NCBI GenBank assembly: GCA_036479435.1
Contig: JAZGFI010000234.1
Span: 1-26,486, forward strand
DNA length: 26,486 nucleotides
From: Planctomycetota bacterium
GTDB taxonomy: Bacteria; Planctomycetota; GCA-002687715; DRQF01
Direction: 5' to 3'
The translations under genes were made by a program, and so were the position numbers. The notes below the pieces were generated by a model. That model was given only the letters and a program-made list of their open reading frames with translations. It was not told the DNA's origin and did no database searches. Shown piece by piece: positions 17,149-26,486 of this stretch. Numbering within the stretch: the stretch's first letter is position 1; each line of letters starts with the position of its first letter.

Positions 17149-19070
17149 TGACGACAACACCCCTCCCAATCGATGCCAAGAAACGTTTTGCCTTAGCCTT
17201 CATGCTGATGGTTCTGTGTCTTTTTCTCGGCGCCTGTGATGCGGGCCAAGGTCTCGAAATTCGTCCGGGAACAGAACGCCCCGACGCGTCCTGGCAAGGC
17301 TCACCAGATTCGCCCTGGCAAAGCCTGGCTGGAAAGCTGCGAGGCGGTCGTGCGCCCAAGCTTCCCGCGGCGATGGCGTCCTGTGGTGAACGGGTCATTT
17401 TGGTTTACGAGAACCAGATCGCCGAGTACGACGCCAAGTCCGACACTTGGCTCGACAACGACTATCGCCTGCCCGGCCCCGTCGGCAGTGGAGTGGCCTT
17501 GGCGGTCGACCCCCAAGGAGTGCTGTTCATTCTGCGCGGCGGCGGAACCCGTGAGTTTTGGCAGTGGGATGTGGTGACGCGCAAGCTCATTCACGGCACG
17601 CGACTCCCCGACCGAGTGGGCGTTGGCGGCAGCCTCGCCTACGACGAAGGCTCGCGGCGTTTGTACGCCTTGCGCGGCAGCGACAGCCATGACTTTTTGC
17701 GCTACGACCTAAAGTCCAAACGTTGGGAGTATCTTCCCTACGTTGGCAAACCAGTAAGACTCGCGGCGATCGGTCAGAGTACCGGCGCGCTCCAGGTTTC
17801 GAAGGGTATGGTCTACGCCTGGCCCGACCATCACGTCCAGCGCTTTGATCCGGCAACCAACACTTGGCTCGGCCGTGTCCACATCGCCTTTGGTATGCGT
17901 CCTTGGTGGGACGGGATGATGTTCGCTCACGACCAAGAGCAAGACGAGTGGATCGTTTGCCAGGGAATGAACGCCCGCAGCTTGGCGGTCTTTGACCCCA
18001 ACGAAAGATCCTTCGCCTATCTTGAGCCGCGCCTGCCGCTGAAGTTGTGCGGCGAGGGCAGCCGCGCGGTGGTGGTGACCGTCGGCGGCGAAAAACAACT
18101 TTTGGTTTACGCCTTGGCGCAAGGAAACCGTTTGCTTCGTATCGCCCGCTCGGACCTTTCGGCGATCAAGTCGACGACCCAAGGAAAAAAGTCCAGCAAA
18201 GGCCCCCAATTCAAGACCTTTCACGAACGAAGTGGGTCCAGCCTCGTACGCCAGCCCATTAACGACACGGTGTCGCGCCCGGTCCTGGGGATGATGGGCG
18301 GCATGGGCAACATGGCCTACCTCGCCCGCCTTAAGAACATCCGTTTCGTCAACTTGAAGACCAGGCGGTGGACGCCCTACCCTGGCCTAAAACTCAAGGA
18401 CCGACTGCGTCCTGGACTCGCTTCGACCAGCGACGGCGAAGACCGCGTGTTCTTGATGACCGGAGGCAGCCGTAACTTTCAAAGCGTGCGGCGACTCACC
18501 ATGACGGTCATGGCGCACGCAGACGCACCTGAAGTGGCGCGCGAAGGCGCAGCGCTGGCCTACCACGAAGATAAAGCGTGGGCCCTTTTTGGCGGTCAAA
18601 GTCGGTCGTTAGGTCGTTACGACCAAAACGCGGACCGTTGGGCGAAAGGCCCCGATCTGCCAGAGCCGGCGATGATCAAACCCGGGGAAACCTACGCCTT
18701 GCTGTCGACTCCGCAGGGTTTGTTGGCCGTCGCCTCACAATCGCTTTGGCGCCTCGAAGGGTCAAAAGGCTGGCGGCAGCTGCGAGAGCTACCTTTTTCG
18801 CTGTCGGCGGACGGTGGCGGTGCGGCTTACGATTCGGGAACGCAAACCCTGTGGTTGGTGCTTGGCGGGGGTTCGCGACAAACCGCCCAGTTGTGCCTCG
18901 ACGGCCACTTTCGCCCTCTAAAGTTCCAACTTTTGCCCGACGCGGTCTCTGTTCCCGGCGGTCGCGCTTTTGTCGCTGACTTCAACGGTCAGCTCGCCTT
19001 CGCCGTGCACCGTGGGCATGATACTCACGAGATCAACTGGATTGAGATTGAAGAGAATCAAAATGACTGA
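17148..19070 (+). CDS. Kelch-like beta-propeller repeat lipoprotein
   Basis: Start ATG 17148 overlaps the yyaL stop (TGATG). Lipobox FLGA-C. Repeats GVALA..LFILRGGGTREFWQWD, GGSLAY..LYALRGSDSHDFLRYD..W, GAALAY..WALFGGQSRSLGRYD..W..GPDLP and GGGAAY..LWLVLGGGSR. Confidence 0.75.
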   Translation: MTTTPLPIDAKKRFALAFMLMVLCLFLGACDAGQGLEIRPGTERPDASWQGSPDSPWQSLAGKLRGGRAPKLPAAMASCGERVILVYENQIAEYDAKSDTWLDNDYRLPGPVGSGVALAVDPQGVLFILRGGGTREFWQWDVVTRKLIHGTRLPDRVGVGGSLAYDEGSRRLYALRGSDSHDFLRYDLKSKRWEYLPYVGKPVRLAAIGQSTGALQVSKGMVYAWPDHHVQRFDPATNTWLGRVHIAFGMRPWWDGMMFAHDQEQDEWIVCQGMNARSLAVFDPNERSFAYLEPRLPLKLCGEGSRAVVVTVGGEKQLLVYALAQGNRLLRIARSDLSAIKSTTQGKKSSKGPQFKTFHERSGSSLVRQPINDTVSRPVLGMMGGMGNMAYLARLKNIRFVNLKTRRWTPYPGLKLKDRLRPGLASTSDGEDRVFLMTGGSRNFQSVRRLTMTVMAHADAPEVAREGAALAYHEDKAWALFGGQSRSLGRYDQNADRWAKGPDLPEPAMIKPGETYALLSTPQGLLAVASQSLWRLEGSKGWRQLRELPFSLSADGGGAAYDSGTQTLWLVLGGGSRQTAQLCLDGHFRPLKFQLLPDAVSVPGGRAFVADFNGQLAFAVHRGHDTHEINWIEIEENQND

Positions 19071-22000
19071 CGCACGCGACGCCGTGGAGCTAACTGCAAA
19101 TCCCAGCTCGATCCGACCTTTGGTCTATGCATTTTGCTGCCCGATTATCGCTGCCGTCTTGTTTGCGGCGGCTGACCTGTTTTGGGCCAAGCAACTCGTA
19201 CCCATCGCTTTGGACACCAGCGAAAAGATTCTCATCGCGGTGCACGGGCTAGGTCTACACGTCTTCGTGGGCATGCTGTTGGGTCTCATTCAGGTTCTCA
19301 TCCTTGTTGTTTGCCCGCGCAAGATCGGCAAGTTTGACGGTCGCGTCCTTGGCTTCACTCTCTTTTTCAGCGCCTTGTTTGTGCATGCAAACTGGGACAT
19401 CGCGGATGGCGCCGGGATCGTGAAATCGTCGGTGGCACCAATCCTAAAGTGGGGCACACGACTTGGCGGGCCGCTGGCGATCTGGATCGCCCTCGGGATC
19501 TTGAAGAAAGTCCTCGGGCCGTTTTGCCGGCGCCGCGACCCTTGGTTTTTTGCCGTCGTCTTGGGATTGGGCTTTGCCGCCGCGACTCTTGTCGCCTCGC
19601 GTTACAACATGGCGTGGCTGCCGGGTCGTTATCCCGGTATCCATATCCAAATGACGATCGCGGCGATCCTCTGTGCGCAGAGCGCGGTCTTTTTGGTGAT
19701 GCGCTGGGGCGCGCTGCGGCTCGACGTGAGCAAGAAACCCATCATCGTTTTTGCCTTGGCCCTGGTGACCATTGTCGCCTCGGTCTTGGTTCTTCGCGCC
19801 GATCGCTTTGTTCCCTTGCGCAGCTCGGTCTACAGCGTGGTGCCCGGAACCACTCCTTTTCGTCCCGCCCTTGATCAGTTGTTTGGCCGCTTCATCAAGC
19901 AGGTTGAGCTGACGGAAGCCGACGTTCGCGAGGAGCGCCAGCGGCAGATCGCGGCGGGAAAAATCGACGTCTCAAAGATCCTGGACAAGCTCCCCAATCG
20001 CAAGAACTACAACTTGCTGGTCATAGCCCTCGACACGCTGCGTTGGGACCGCACGACGAATTCGGGTTACAGCAAACACCCCACCACGCCGAACTTGCAA
20101 AAGCTCGTCGACGAGGGGGCCTTTCAGTTCAACCAGGCCTACACGCCCTATCCCACCAGCAACTACGCCTACTCGTCGTTTCTGACGGGGATGCACGCGG
20201 GGGCTACACCGCTGCATCTTTGGCGCGGCTACAAGAAAAAATGGGAGGGCAGCGAAGAAGTCTATTTTCCGAAGCTGTTCTCGAACCGCGGCATTCACTC
20301 TTTGGGCATCTTTGCCTTCGCGTTGCGAGATCGCGCCAACCAGCGATACTTCGGGATGGTCGAGAACGGCTTCGATGCCTTCAACCCCGACCAAAAGGCC
20401 GACAACGCCATGGCGGGCCACGAGATCACCGCTTCCTTGTTGAAGCACATCAAACAGCGCCCGACGAAGCGCTTTTTTGCGATGGCCCACTACATGGAAG
20501 CACACGTCCCGTACCTGCGGTGGCCACAGTACGACTTTGGCTCTAGCAAATCGGACCGCTACGACAGCGAGATTGCCTACGTCGACAACGAATTAGGTCG
20601 GGTCATCAACTTCATGAAGAAAGAGGGCCTTTGGGATGACACCATCTTGGTGGTCTTGTCGGACCACGGGGAGGCTTTGGGCGACCACACTTTCGTGACT
20701 CACAACTCGAGTCTTTATGAATGTGAGTTGCGCGTGCCGTTGGTGATTCGCATCCCGGGTCTTCCCGGGCGCGAAGTCGAAGCGGCGGTGGCGTTGACGG
20801 ACGTTATCCCGAGTCTCCTTGAGGTCATGAAGATCGATGATCCGGTGAAGCGCCTTGGGCTTCCGATGCTTCCCTACCTACTTGGATACGAAGACCTGCC
20901 AACCCGCACTGTGTTTTCCGAACTGTACTCCCCGCGCCAAACGATGAGCGACCTCGAGCAACGCGCGGTTATCTACGGAAGACACAAGCTCATCAAGATC
21001 CTCACCAAGCCGGTGAGTAATTACGAGCTTTACGATCTGAGCGTGGACGCTGGCGAAACGCGAAGCCTCTTTGGCCGCCCGGAGGCGGCTGAAATTCAGG
21101 CAAAGCTGTTGGGCTTCATGACCCAGATCGCCAAGGAAACGAAGGAGATCATCGGTGGCATTGAACTGTTGGAGCCGGAAGAGTTGCTCGAAAGAGACCT
21201 AACCGCGGCTCTCGAAGAGCTGAAAGCCGCGAACGGCCGCACGCAAACGATACCGGCCGGCGGGAAGATATCGTCGAAACTTCGAAACCGCTACGACTCG
21301 CTCAATGTATTGACGAAGCTCCTCGATCCGGCCTTGATGGACGACATCCGGAGAACGGCTCTTGCCAAGGCAATGGCCGAGTTGCCGCGCTCGAATCATC
21401 AGATGTTGAAGATCCTCAACTTTTTACCGCACCCTGATAACGTGGCCTACGGGCGTGCCTTGCTGAAAGATCGAGCCGACCACATACGCTACGGCGGCGC
21501 CCTTATGATGGCGCGACAGGGCGGCGAAGGAAGTGCCGAAGCCAAAGAACTCTTGATGCAGCGAGCGAAAGCCACTGGTGATCCCGTCGCGCGTTTCGAC
21601 GCCGCCATCGCTCTGGCCGAGTTGGGCGATTTTAGTTGGCTTGATTACTACACCCCGTTTTTTCGGGGTCACATGTTTGGCGAATCAACTTGGCAGCTCG
21701 GGCCCTTGCTATTGGCCTTCACCAAGGCCAAGCATCCCGGTGGGTTGAAGACCCTCGCCGAACGTATCGTCCTCAATCAGCTCAACGACTACACCCTGCG
21801 GAGCCGGACGATCGAGTACGCTCGGGCGATTCCGAATGACGATTCCGAACGCATCCTGCTGTGCCTTTCCTTCGATTTGGATTCCGGGCTCAAAGTCCGC
21901 GCCCGTGCCGCCCTTAGCGAACGTTTTGGCCAAAAAATCCGCGACGAGAAACTCGAGCGCTACCAACTTGAGTACGAGGGGATGGATGCGTTGTTCAACG

Positions 22001-22632
22001 GTCTCAGTGAGTCGACCATCGATAACTACAAACGCTACATCGCGAAGTACCCGGACTATTCCGCCCGCGTTGACTTTGATCTCGCCCGGACCTACGCCGA
22101 AATGGGTAATCGAGCCGAAGCGAAGAAGGCCTTGGAACATGCCCGGTCCGTTGGCAACGAAGAACAAAAAATAGCGGCAAAGCGCTGGCTGAAGCACATT
22201 GGCGACTTGCGCTGGCATTTTCAGAAGAGCGACCTGCGCGGTCGCGTGGAGATGAGTTACGAACCTTCGATGATGAAGCGCAATCGCGCCTACGGCATGA
22301 AGGTGAAGTTGACGAACGAGTCCGATGTCTTTTGGCCGGGTGGAACTTGGGGATTCGGCCTTTTGTTGCGGGCTTGGATCGTTGACGACGAAGACAACAT
22401 CGTTGGCAAAGTTGACGGCCGCCTCGTTACGGCCCGAGCGATCAACAACTTTCTGCCCCTCAGCGGCGTGGCTCCCGGCGAAACGATCGAACTGATTCTC
22501 GCCGGCCACGCACCGTCGGGTAAGTGGAAGGACAAGCGTATTGCTCTGGCCCTTTGCCAAAATAGCGCCTCGCACCTGCCGGATGACAGGGACTTTTTCT
22601 ACGTCGGCGAACGGCGCTACTCGGTCAAGTAA
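19063..22632 (+). CDS. Membrane-anchored sulfatase-like hydrolase/transferase (alkaline phosphatase superfamily) with HEAT-like repeats, TPR and C-terminal Ig-like domain
   Basis: Start ATG 19063 overlaps the upstream stop (ATGACTGA). About 7 N-terminal TMs; NLLVIALDTLRWD, TPNL, AYTPYPTSNYAYSSFLTG, HYMEAHVPY, YDSEIAYVD, SDHGE, HNSSLYE..RVPL; ARFDAAIALAELGD (HEAT-like); FDLARTYAEMGNRAEAKKALE (TPR); VKLTNESDVFW..VAPGETIEL..AP (Ig-like). Confidence 0.85.
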   Translation: MTDARDAVELTANPSSIRPLVYAFCCPIIAAVLFAAADLFWAKQLVPIALDTSEKILIAVHGLGLHVFVGMLLGLIQVLILVVCPRKIGKFDGRVLGFTLFFSALFVHANWDIADGAGIVKSSVAPILKWGTRLGGPLAIWIALGILKKVLGPFCRRRDPWFFAVVLGLGFAAATLVASRYNMAWLPGRYPGIHIQMTIAAILCAQSAVFLVMRWGALRLDVSKKPIIVFALALVTIVASVLVLRADRFVPLRSSVYSVVPGTTPFRPALDQLFGRFIKQVELTEADVREERQRQIAAGKIDVSKILDKLPNRKNYNLLVIALDTLRWDRTTNSGYSKHPTTPNLQKLVDEGAFQFNQAYTPYPTSNYAYSSFLTGMHAGATPLHLWRGYKKKWEGSEEVYFPKLFSNRGIHSLGIFAFALRDRANQRYFGMVENGFDAFNPDQKADNAMAGHEITASLLKHIKQRPTKRFFAMAHYMEAHVPYLRWPQYDFGSSKSDRYDSEIAYVDNELGRVINFMKKEGLWDDTILVVLSDHGEALGDHTFVTHNSSLYECELRVPLVIRIPGLPGREVEAAVALTDVIPSLLEVMKIDDPVKRLGLPMLPYLLGYEDLPTRTVFSELYSPRQTMSDLEQRAVIYGRHKLIKILTKPVSNYELYDLSVDAGETRSLFGRPEAAEIQAKLLGFMTQIAKETKEIIGGIELLEPEELLERDLTAALEELKAANGRTQTIPAGGKISSKLRNRYDSLNVLTKLLDPALMDDIRRTALAKAMAELPRSNHQMLKILNFLPHPDNVAYGRALLKDRADHIRYGGALMMARQGGEGSAEAKELLMQRAKATGDPVARFDAAIALAELGDFSWLDYYTPFFRGHMFGESTWQLGPLLLAFTKAKHPGGLKTLAERIVLNQLNDYTLRSRTIEYARAIPNDDSERILLCLSFDLDSGLKVRARAALSERFGQKIRDEKLERYQLEYEGMDALFNGLSESTIDNYKRYIAKYPDYSARVDFDLARTYAEMGNRAEAKKALEHARSVGNEEQKIAAKRWLKHIGDLRWHFQKSDLRGRVEMSYEPSMMKRNRAYGMKVKLTNESDVFWPGGTWGFGLLLRAWIVDDEDNIVGKVDGRLVTARAINNFLPLSGVAPGETIELILAGHAPSGKWKDKRIALALCQNSASHLPDDRDFFYVGERRYSVK

Positions 22633-22636
22633 GGGG

Positions 22637-25447
22637 CTAAGACCCGCGAGGATCGTTCCCGAAGAGCAAGACCTGGTAGGGCGGCAAGGGCTGCGTCTCT
22701 GACAAGCACTTCACGCGAAGACGATACTCCTCGCCGGGCCAGGGCTTGCGCTCCATCGGTATCCTGAAGATTCCCTGACGCGCGCCGATGGGCACATCGT
22801 ACTTTCGCAACACGGAGCCTTTGCCGCGAAGGACTTCGATAACCCATTGACCGGACTTGGTCGGGGCCGATTCGAAGGAGTACCAGACGCGGTGCTCGCG
22901 CTGTTCCCACTCTAAGCGGCCCTGGATTTCGTTGACGTCAGTACTCGGAACAAGCGATGACAGGGCGATTTCGGGCGAAACTGGAGCGACTTTCGGAACC
23001 AACAGGCAGGCGAGCAGCGAAGCCTTAAGGCCCTTATCTGAGGCCGATCGGATGCGGACGCTGACGCGCAGATCTCCGGGCGCGAGGTTGTCACCGTCGA
23101 AGGGTGCGCTGAGAACAAAAAGGCCATGGGCCTTATCAAGGTGATAGTTCGTCAGCCGCGCGCCGTCGTTGAGGAGGATCTGAGCCGAAAGATCTGCCGA
23201 GGTCAGAGTTTGGTTGGGGCCTTGGGCCTGAAACACAAAGACCAGCTGAGACGCCACTGCCCGCTCTCTTCGAAGCCCGAAGGTAAAGGCCCGGCCCCCG
23301 ATCCGCGGAGCGGACTTTGTGTCGCGGGGCTGCGCAAATCGAATTCCCGGGAGAGCTGGGCTGCCGATGATTTCGGAGTAAAGAAGGAAGCCGCGGGCGG
23401 CGGCGGTGAGTTCGTGGGAAGATCTGTTGGCGTTCGCAAGGCGTCGAAAATAGCCTGCCTGTGAACCCCAGGACAACAAGAGCGCGGCGGCTCGAGCGCG
23501 TACTGCAGCGCTGCGATGAGCGAGGGCCTCGGCCACTCCCTCCTCCGCGTTAATCGCAGCAAAGCCCCTTAGCGAGTCCAATGCGTACAACGCGGCGTCG
23601 CGATCGGCTTCGGCGTGCAACAACATGAGCTTCAAGATTCCGACCGCGCGGTCGCCCTCAAGGTCGACCAAGGTGCGAACGAAGGCAAGCCGGCGGTAAG
23701 GGGCCTTCGGCAACAGTAAGCAACGCTTGAGTTCATCGACGGAGTCTTTGTCGCCAAGGCGTGCCAGTGCGAGGATTCGCTCGGCTTGGAGCGATATTGA
23801 GTAGTCGGCCGTCGAAAGGTCAGCGATGGCCTTGAGCGCCCCCTGCATCTTCGAGAGGCCCAACGCGCGAAACAGAGCGGACATGCTGAACTCGTCGATA
23901 TCCGGTTTTAGACCGAGTCGAGCGTGATCCAGACCGGTTTCACTTTGTTCGATGCGCGCAAGTGCGGCTCCGGCGAGGGCCCGCACTTGGCTGTTGCCGT
24001 GGTCGAGCAAGGCGTGCAAAGTGGCGGAGTCCGACGCATCGCCATCGCGAGCAAGGATGCGCAGCGCAGCGAGAAGTGATGGGATGTCGGTCTTCGAGGC
24101 GAGCTGACGACCAAGAGCGAGAGCCCGAGGGTCTCTTTGGGCATCTAACCAGTTGGCACGCGCGACATCCATCGCATCCGCGTCGAGTCTTAACTCCAGC
24201 TTGGGGTCTAACGACCATAATCGCGCTGCGGCCACATTCATGATGTGCACCTGTTCAAGGGCAGCCTCCAGGGGAGTCGGGTTCGCGGATCTCTCCTCGC
24301 ACGAGCGGATTATGACATCCCTAGCCGTCCTGAGCGTTCGTTTGATAGTCGGCACTACGTCGGCGGCAAAGGGCAATGACTCGGCGAATGCAGTATTGGG
24401 CCACTGGTCTTTTTTCCCGAGGAGCAGTGGCAGCATGGAACGCCCCTGGACCGTTGGCTCGGGTTCTTCTGCGATGAGGTCTAAGAGAGTCGGAAGCAGA
24501 TCAATGGATTCAACGACGCTGTCGTGAGACGCCGCCGCTAGCCCCGGCACGTAGAGCATTAGCGGGATGTGCAACTCCGCGTCGCCGACTTGGTCTTGGC
24601 GGAAAAGGCGGCCGGACGGCCAGCTTGACCAGCCGTGAACGCCAGCGATGGCAACGATGGTGCGTTTGCTGTTGCCCTGTTCGGCTACGAGTGTCATGAG
24701 GTCGCCAATGATCTCATCGCAATAGGAAATGGCGGCACGGTAGTGCCCCTGAGCGCTGGCTTCAGCTTTATGCCCCGGGTGGAAGCGCGCGGGAGGATAG
24801 GGGTAACCCAAGTGGACCCAACCGAACAGCGCTTCGCCTTTCTGCCGAGTCTCTTCGATTCTATTCGCGATCTTGAGCATCTTGACGCCAGCGGCACCAA
24901 ATTCCCACCACTTGCGGCTTTGGCCGAGATACTTGGGCTGGGTGGGCAGGCCTTCGGCCTCGACTTCAAGCAGGCTCTTGCTGAAGAAGGCCCAACTGCG
25001 GCGCCCTCGATCGACAAACTGTGATGCTGCGGGAGAAACATTTCCGGTCGTTGCGAGCGCTCGAAGAACGCTAGGGTACTGGGAATGGTGAAGGCTGTGC
25101 AGGGCTGTGATTCGGTGAGGCGACGTCGCGTAGGCTCTGCGGAAGAGCTGGCTTTTCTTCGCGAAGGCATCCAAATGCGGGGTCGAATTCTCACTTCGTC
25201 CGTCCGCACTAAAAGCCGCAAGGTCTTTTGGCCGTACCATGTCCAGCGTGATGAGAATGACATCGAAGTCCTCGATGTCGGGGCAAAACTTTGCGAGCTC
25301 GTCGTGAAGCTCTTGGGGAGAGCGCCTAGCGCCCCTCCCCGCGAGGACGTCTTGCCCCTGCGCTTGATCACTCAGTCCCATGACAAGGGCTGCGCAGAGG
25401 CCCGCGCAGATCAAGCTCCAAACTGAGATGAGGTCTCGGCAATTCAC
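22637..25447 (-). CDS. Secreted degenerate sulfatase-like protein with HEAT/PBS-lyase repeats
   Basis: Signal peptide (..SDQAQG-QD). DVILITLDMVR, TPHLDAFA..FRRAYATSP, YRAAISYCDEIIG, HIPLMLYVPG, VESIDLLPTLLDL..VQGRSMLPLL; HEAT repeats LLDHGNSQVRALAGAALARI and ALAHRSAAVRARAAALL. Catalytic motifs are altered. Confidence 0.8.
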   Translation of the reverse strand: MNCRDLISVWSLICAGLCAALVMGLSDQAQGQDVLAGRGARRSPQELHDELAKFCPDIEDFDVILITLDMVRPKDLAAFSADGRSENSTPHLDAFAKKSQLFRRAYATSPHRITALHSLHHSQYPSVLRALATTGNVSPAASQFVDRGRRSWAFFSKSLLEVEAEGLPTQPKYLGQSRKWWEFGAAGVKMLKIANRIEETRQKGEALFGWVHLGYPYPPARFHPGHKAEASAQGHYRAAISYCDEIIGDLMTLVAEQGNSKRTIVAIAGVHGWSSWPSGRLFRQDQVGDAELHIPLMLYVPGLAAASHDSVVESIDLLPTLLDLIAEEPEPTVQGRSMLPLLLGKKDQWPNTAFAESLPFAADVVPTIKRTLRTARDVIIRSCEERSANPTPLEAALEQVHIMNVAAARLWSLDPKLELRLDADAMDVARANWLDAQRDPRALALGRQLASKTDIPSLLAALRILARDGDASDSATLHALLDHGNSQVRALAGAALARIEQSETGLDHARLGLKPDIDEFSMSALFRALGLSKMQGALKAIADLSTADYSISLQAERILALARLGDKDSVDELKRCLLLPKAPYRRLAFVRTLVDLEGDRAVGILKLMLLHAEADRDAALYALDSLRGFAAINAEEGVAEALAHRSAAVRARAAALLLSWGSQAGYFRRLANANRSSHELTAAARGFLLYSEIIGSPALPGIRFAQPRDTKSAPRIGGRAFTFGLRRERAVASQLVFVFQAQGPNQTLTSADLSAQILLNDGARLTNYHLDKAHGLFVLSAPFDGDNLAPGDLRVSVRIRSASDKGLKASLLACLLVPKVAPVSPEIALSSLVPSTDVNEIQGRLEWEQREHRVWYSFESAPTKSGQWVIEVLRGKGSVLRKYDVPIGARQGIFRIPMERKPWPGEEYRLRVKCLSETQPLPPYQVLLFGNDPRGS

Positions 25448-25557
25448 GATTTCTCTGAGCTCCGGAATCGACTAAGGTCTTGTGGCTTATGATTGATCCA
25501 GGGCAAAGCTCTGGCAAGGCCTGGACCCTTTTTCGTCTCAATCTTGGAAGATCTGGT

Positions 25558-26361
25558 GTGAATGACTCCACCCGCTTGGCCCAAGCCGTGGGCGATTTGT
25601 CAAAAGTGATGCAGAGCCTCCGCAGATCTTGTCCCTGGGATCGAGCCCAAACCCACGAATCCTTGCGGCGCTACCTAATTGAAGAATCTCACGAAGTCCT
25701 CGAGGCCCTCGATGCGGACGACCCTGAGGCCCTGAAATCGGAGCTGGGCGATCTTCTCTTTCAGGTCTGGTTTCACGCCGAAATCGCCAGTGAGCGCGAT
25801 TTATTGGGGTTTGACCTAAGGGATGTCCTCTGCGGCGTGCGGGACAAGCTCATCGCACGGCATCCCCATGTTTTTGCGGATGAGTCGATAGAGACCGCGG
25901 CCGAGGTCCAAAAGACTTGGGAGAGCCGCAAGCTCGCCGAGGGCAGGCAATCAAGGCTCGAAGGCGTACCGGGTACTTTGCCAGCCCTTTTAAAGGCGGA
26001 GGTCTACCAACGAAAAGCCGCGAGTGCCGGGTTCGATTGGCCCAGCGCGGACGGCGCGGTTGAAAAAATCCGGGAGGAGATCGAAGAGTGGTTGGAGGCT
26101 TCGCGTGGCCAAAATGTTGGAGCTAGCCCGGCGATGGTCGATGAGTTTGGCGACCTTTTGTTTTCGCTCGTCAATCTTGCCCGTTTCCAAGGCATCAATT
26201 CCGAGGACGCCTTGCGCGGAACTTGTCGTAAATTCAAGCGGCGTTTTCAGTACATCGAGCGCAAATCGAATGAGGCGGGAGCCGAACTTGAGTCGATGAC
26301 TCTGGAGCAAATGGAGACGCTCTGGGTGGAGGCAAAAGGCGAAGACCCCCCGCGCTCTTAG
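25558..26361 (+). CDS. mazG: Nucleoside triphosphate pyrophosphohydrolase MazG (tandem domain)
   Basis: LRRSCPWDRAQTHESLRRYLIEESHEV, ELGDLLFQV, KLIARHPHVF, GFDW, KIREEIEE, EFGDLLFSLVN, KFKRRF. Likely start GTG 25558; the ORF extends to 25480. Confidence 0.96.
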   Translation: MNDSTRLAQAVGDLSKVMQSLRRSCPWDRAQTHESLRRYLIEESHEVLEALDADDPEALKSELGDLLFQVWFHAEIASERDLLGFDLRDVLCGVRDKLIARHPHVFADESIETAAEVQKTWESRKLAEGRQSRLEGVPGTLPALLKAEVYQRKAASAGFDWPSADGAVEKIREEIEEWLEASRGQNVGASPAMVDEFGDLLFSLVNLARFQGINSEDALRGTCRKFKRRFQYIERKSNEAGAELESMTLEQMETLWVEAKGEDPPRS

Positions 26362-26486
26362 GGCTCAGTCAAGAATAACTTCACATTCTCGCCGCTCAGC
26401 TTCACGCCATCTTCGGTCCGTGCTCAATCGCGAGAATCCTCGAATACAGGAAGTATGCTGCGGTTCTCGCTCAATCGCCCGAACCG

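Noticed and set aside
21709..22575. Long antisense ORF (288 aa) and similar shadow ORFs (e.g. 7125..7754, 15421..16029, 24694..25371)
   Set aside because: They lie opposite or within well-supported genes, have no recognisable motifs, and are expected from GC-rich codon bias.
25558..26361. mazG as part of a toxin-antitoxin or anti-phage system
   Set aside because: It is the ordinary tandem-domain housekeeping form, with no mazEF or defence genes adjacent in the window.
26362..26486. Possible 3' end of a minus-strand gene (TGA at 26424..26426), GCTCAATCGC direct repeat and CGGTTC/GAACCG inverted repeat
   Set aside because: Too short and truncated by the window edge to support a call.

Overview
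GC-rich, densely coding bacterial chromosome segment. Gene content suggests Planctomycetota or a similar diderm (inference only). No rRNA, tRNA, CRISPR array or mobile element was recognised. From left to right: (1) a frameshifted SDR/epimerase-like remnant; (2) a minus-strand envelope operon, in transcription order: divergent MCE/MlaD-like protein with a long helical tail, a single-chain MlaF-ATPase/MlaE-permease fusion, a secreted SurA/PpiD-like protein, and Opp/Yej-type binding protein plus two permeases with no Opp ATPase; (3) a YdjI-like SPFH + YdjG-like zinc-ribbon pair; (4) a GT-C/ArnT-like membrane glycosyltransferase; (5) a collapsed kinase/class-III aminotransferase pseudogene; (6) a translationally coupled operon of YyaL, a Kelch-like lipoprotein and a membrane sulfatase-like/HEAT/TPR protein, converging on a catalytically degenerate sulfatase-like/HEAT homologue; (7) mazG. 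The best candidates for an undescribed system are the minimal MCE transporter with an NBD-TMD fusion and the enzyme/pseudo-enzyme sulfatase-like pair. All family calls come from motif recognition by eye, not database searches.
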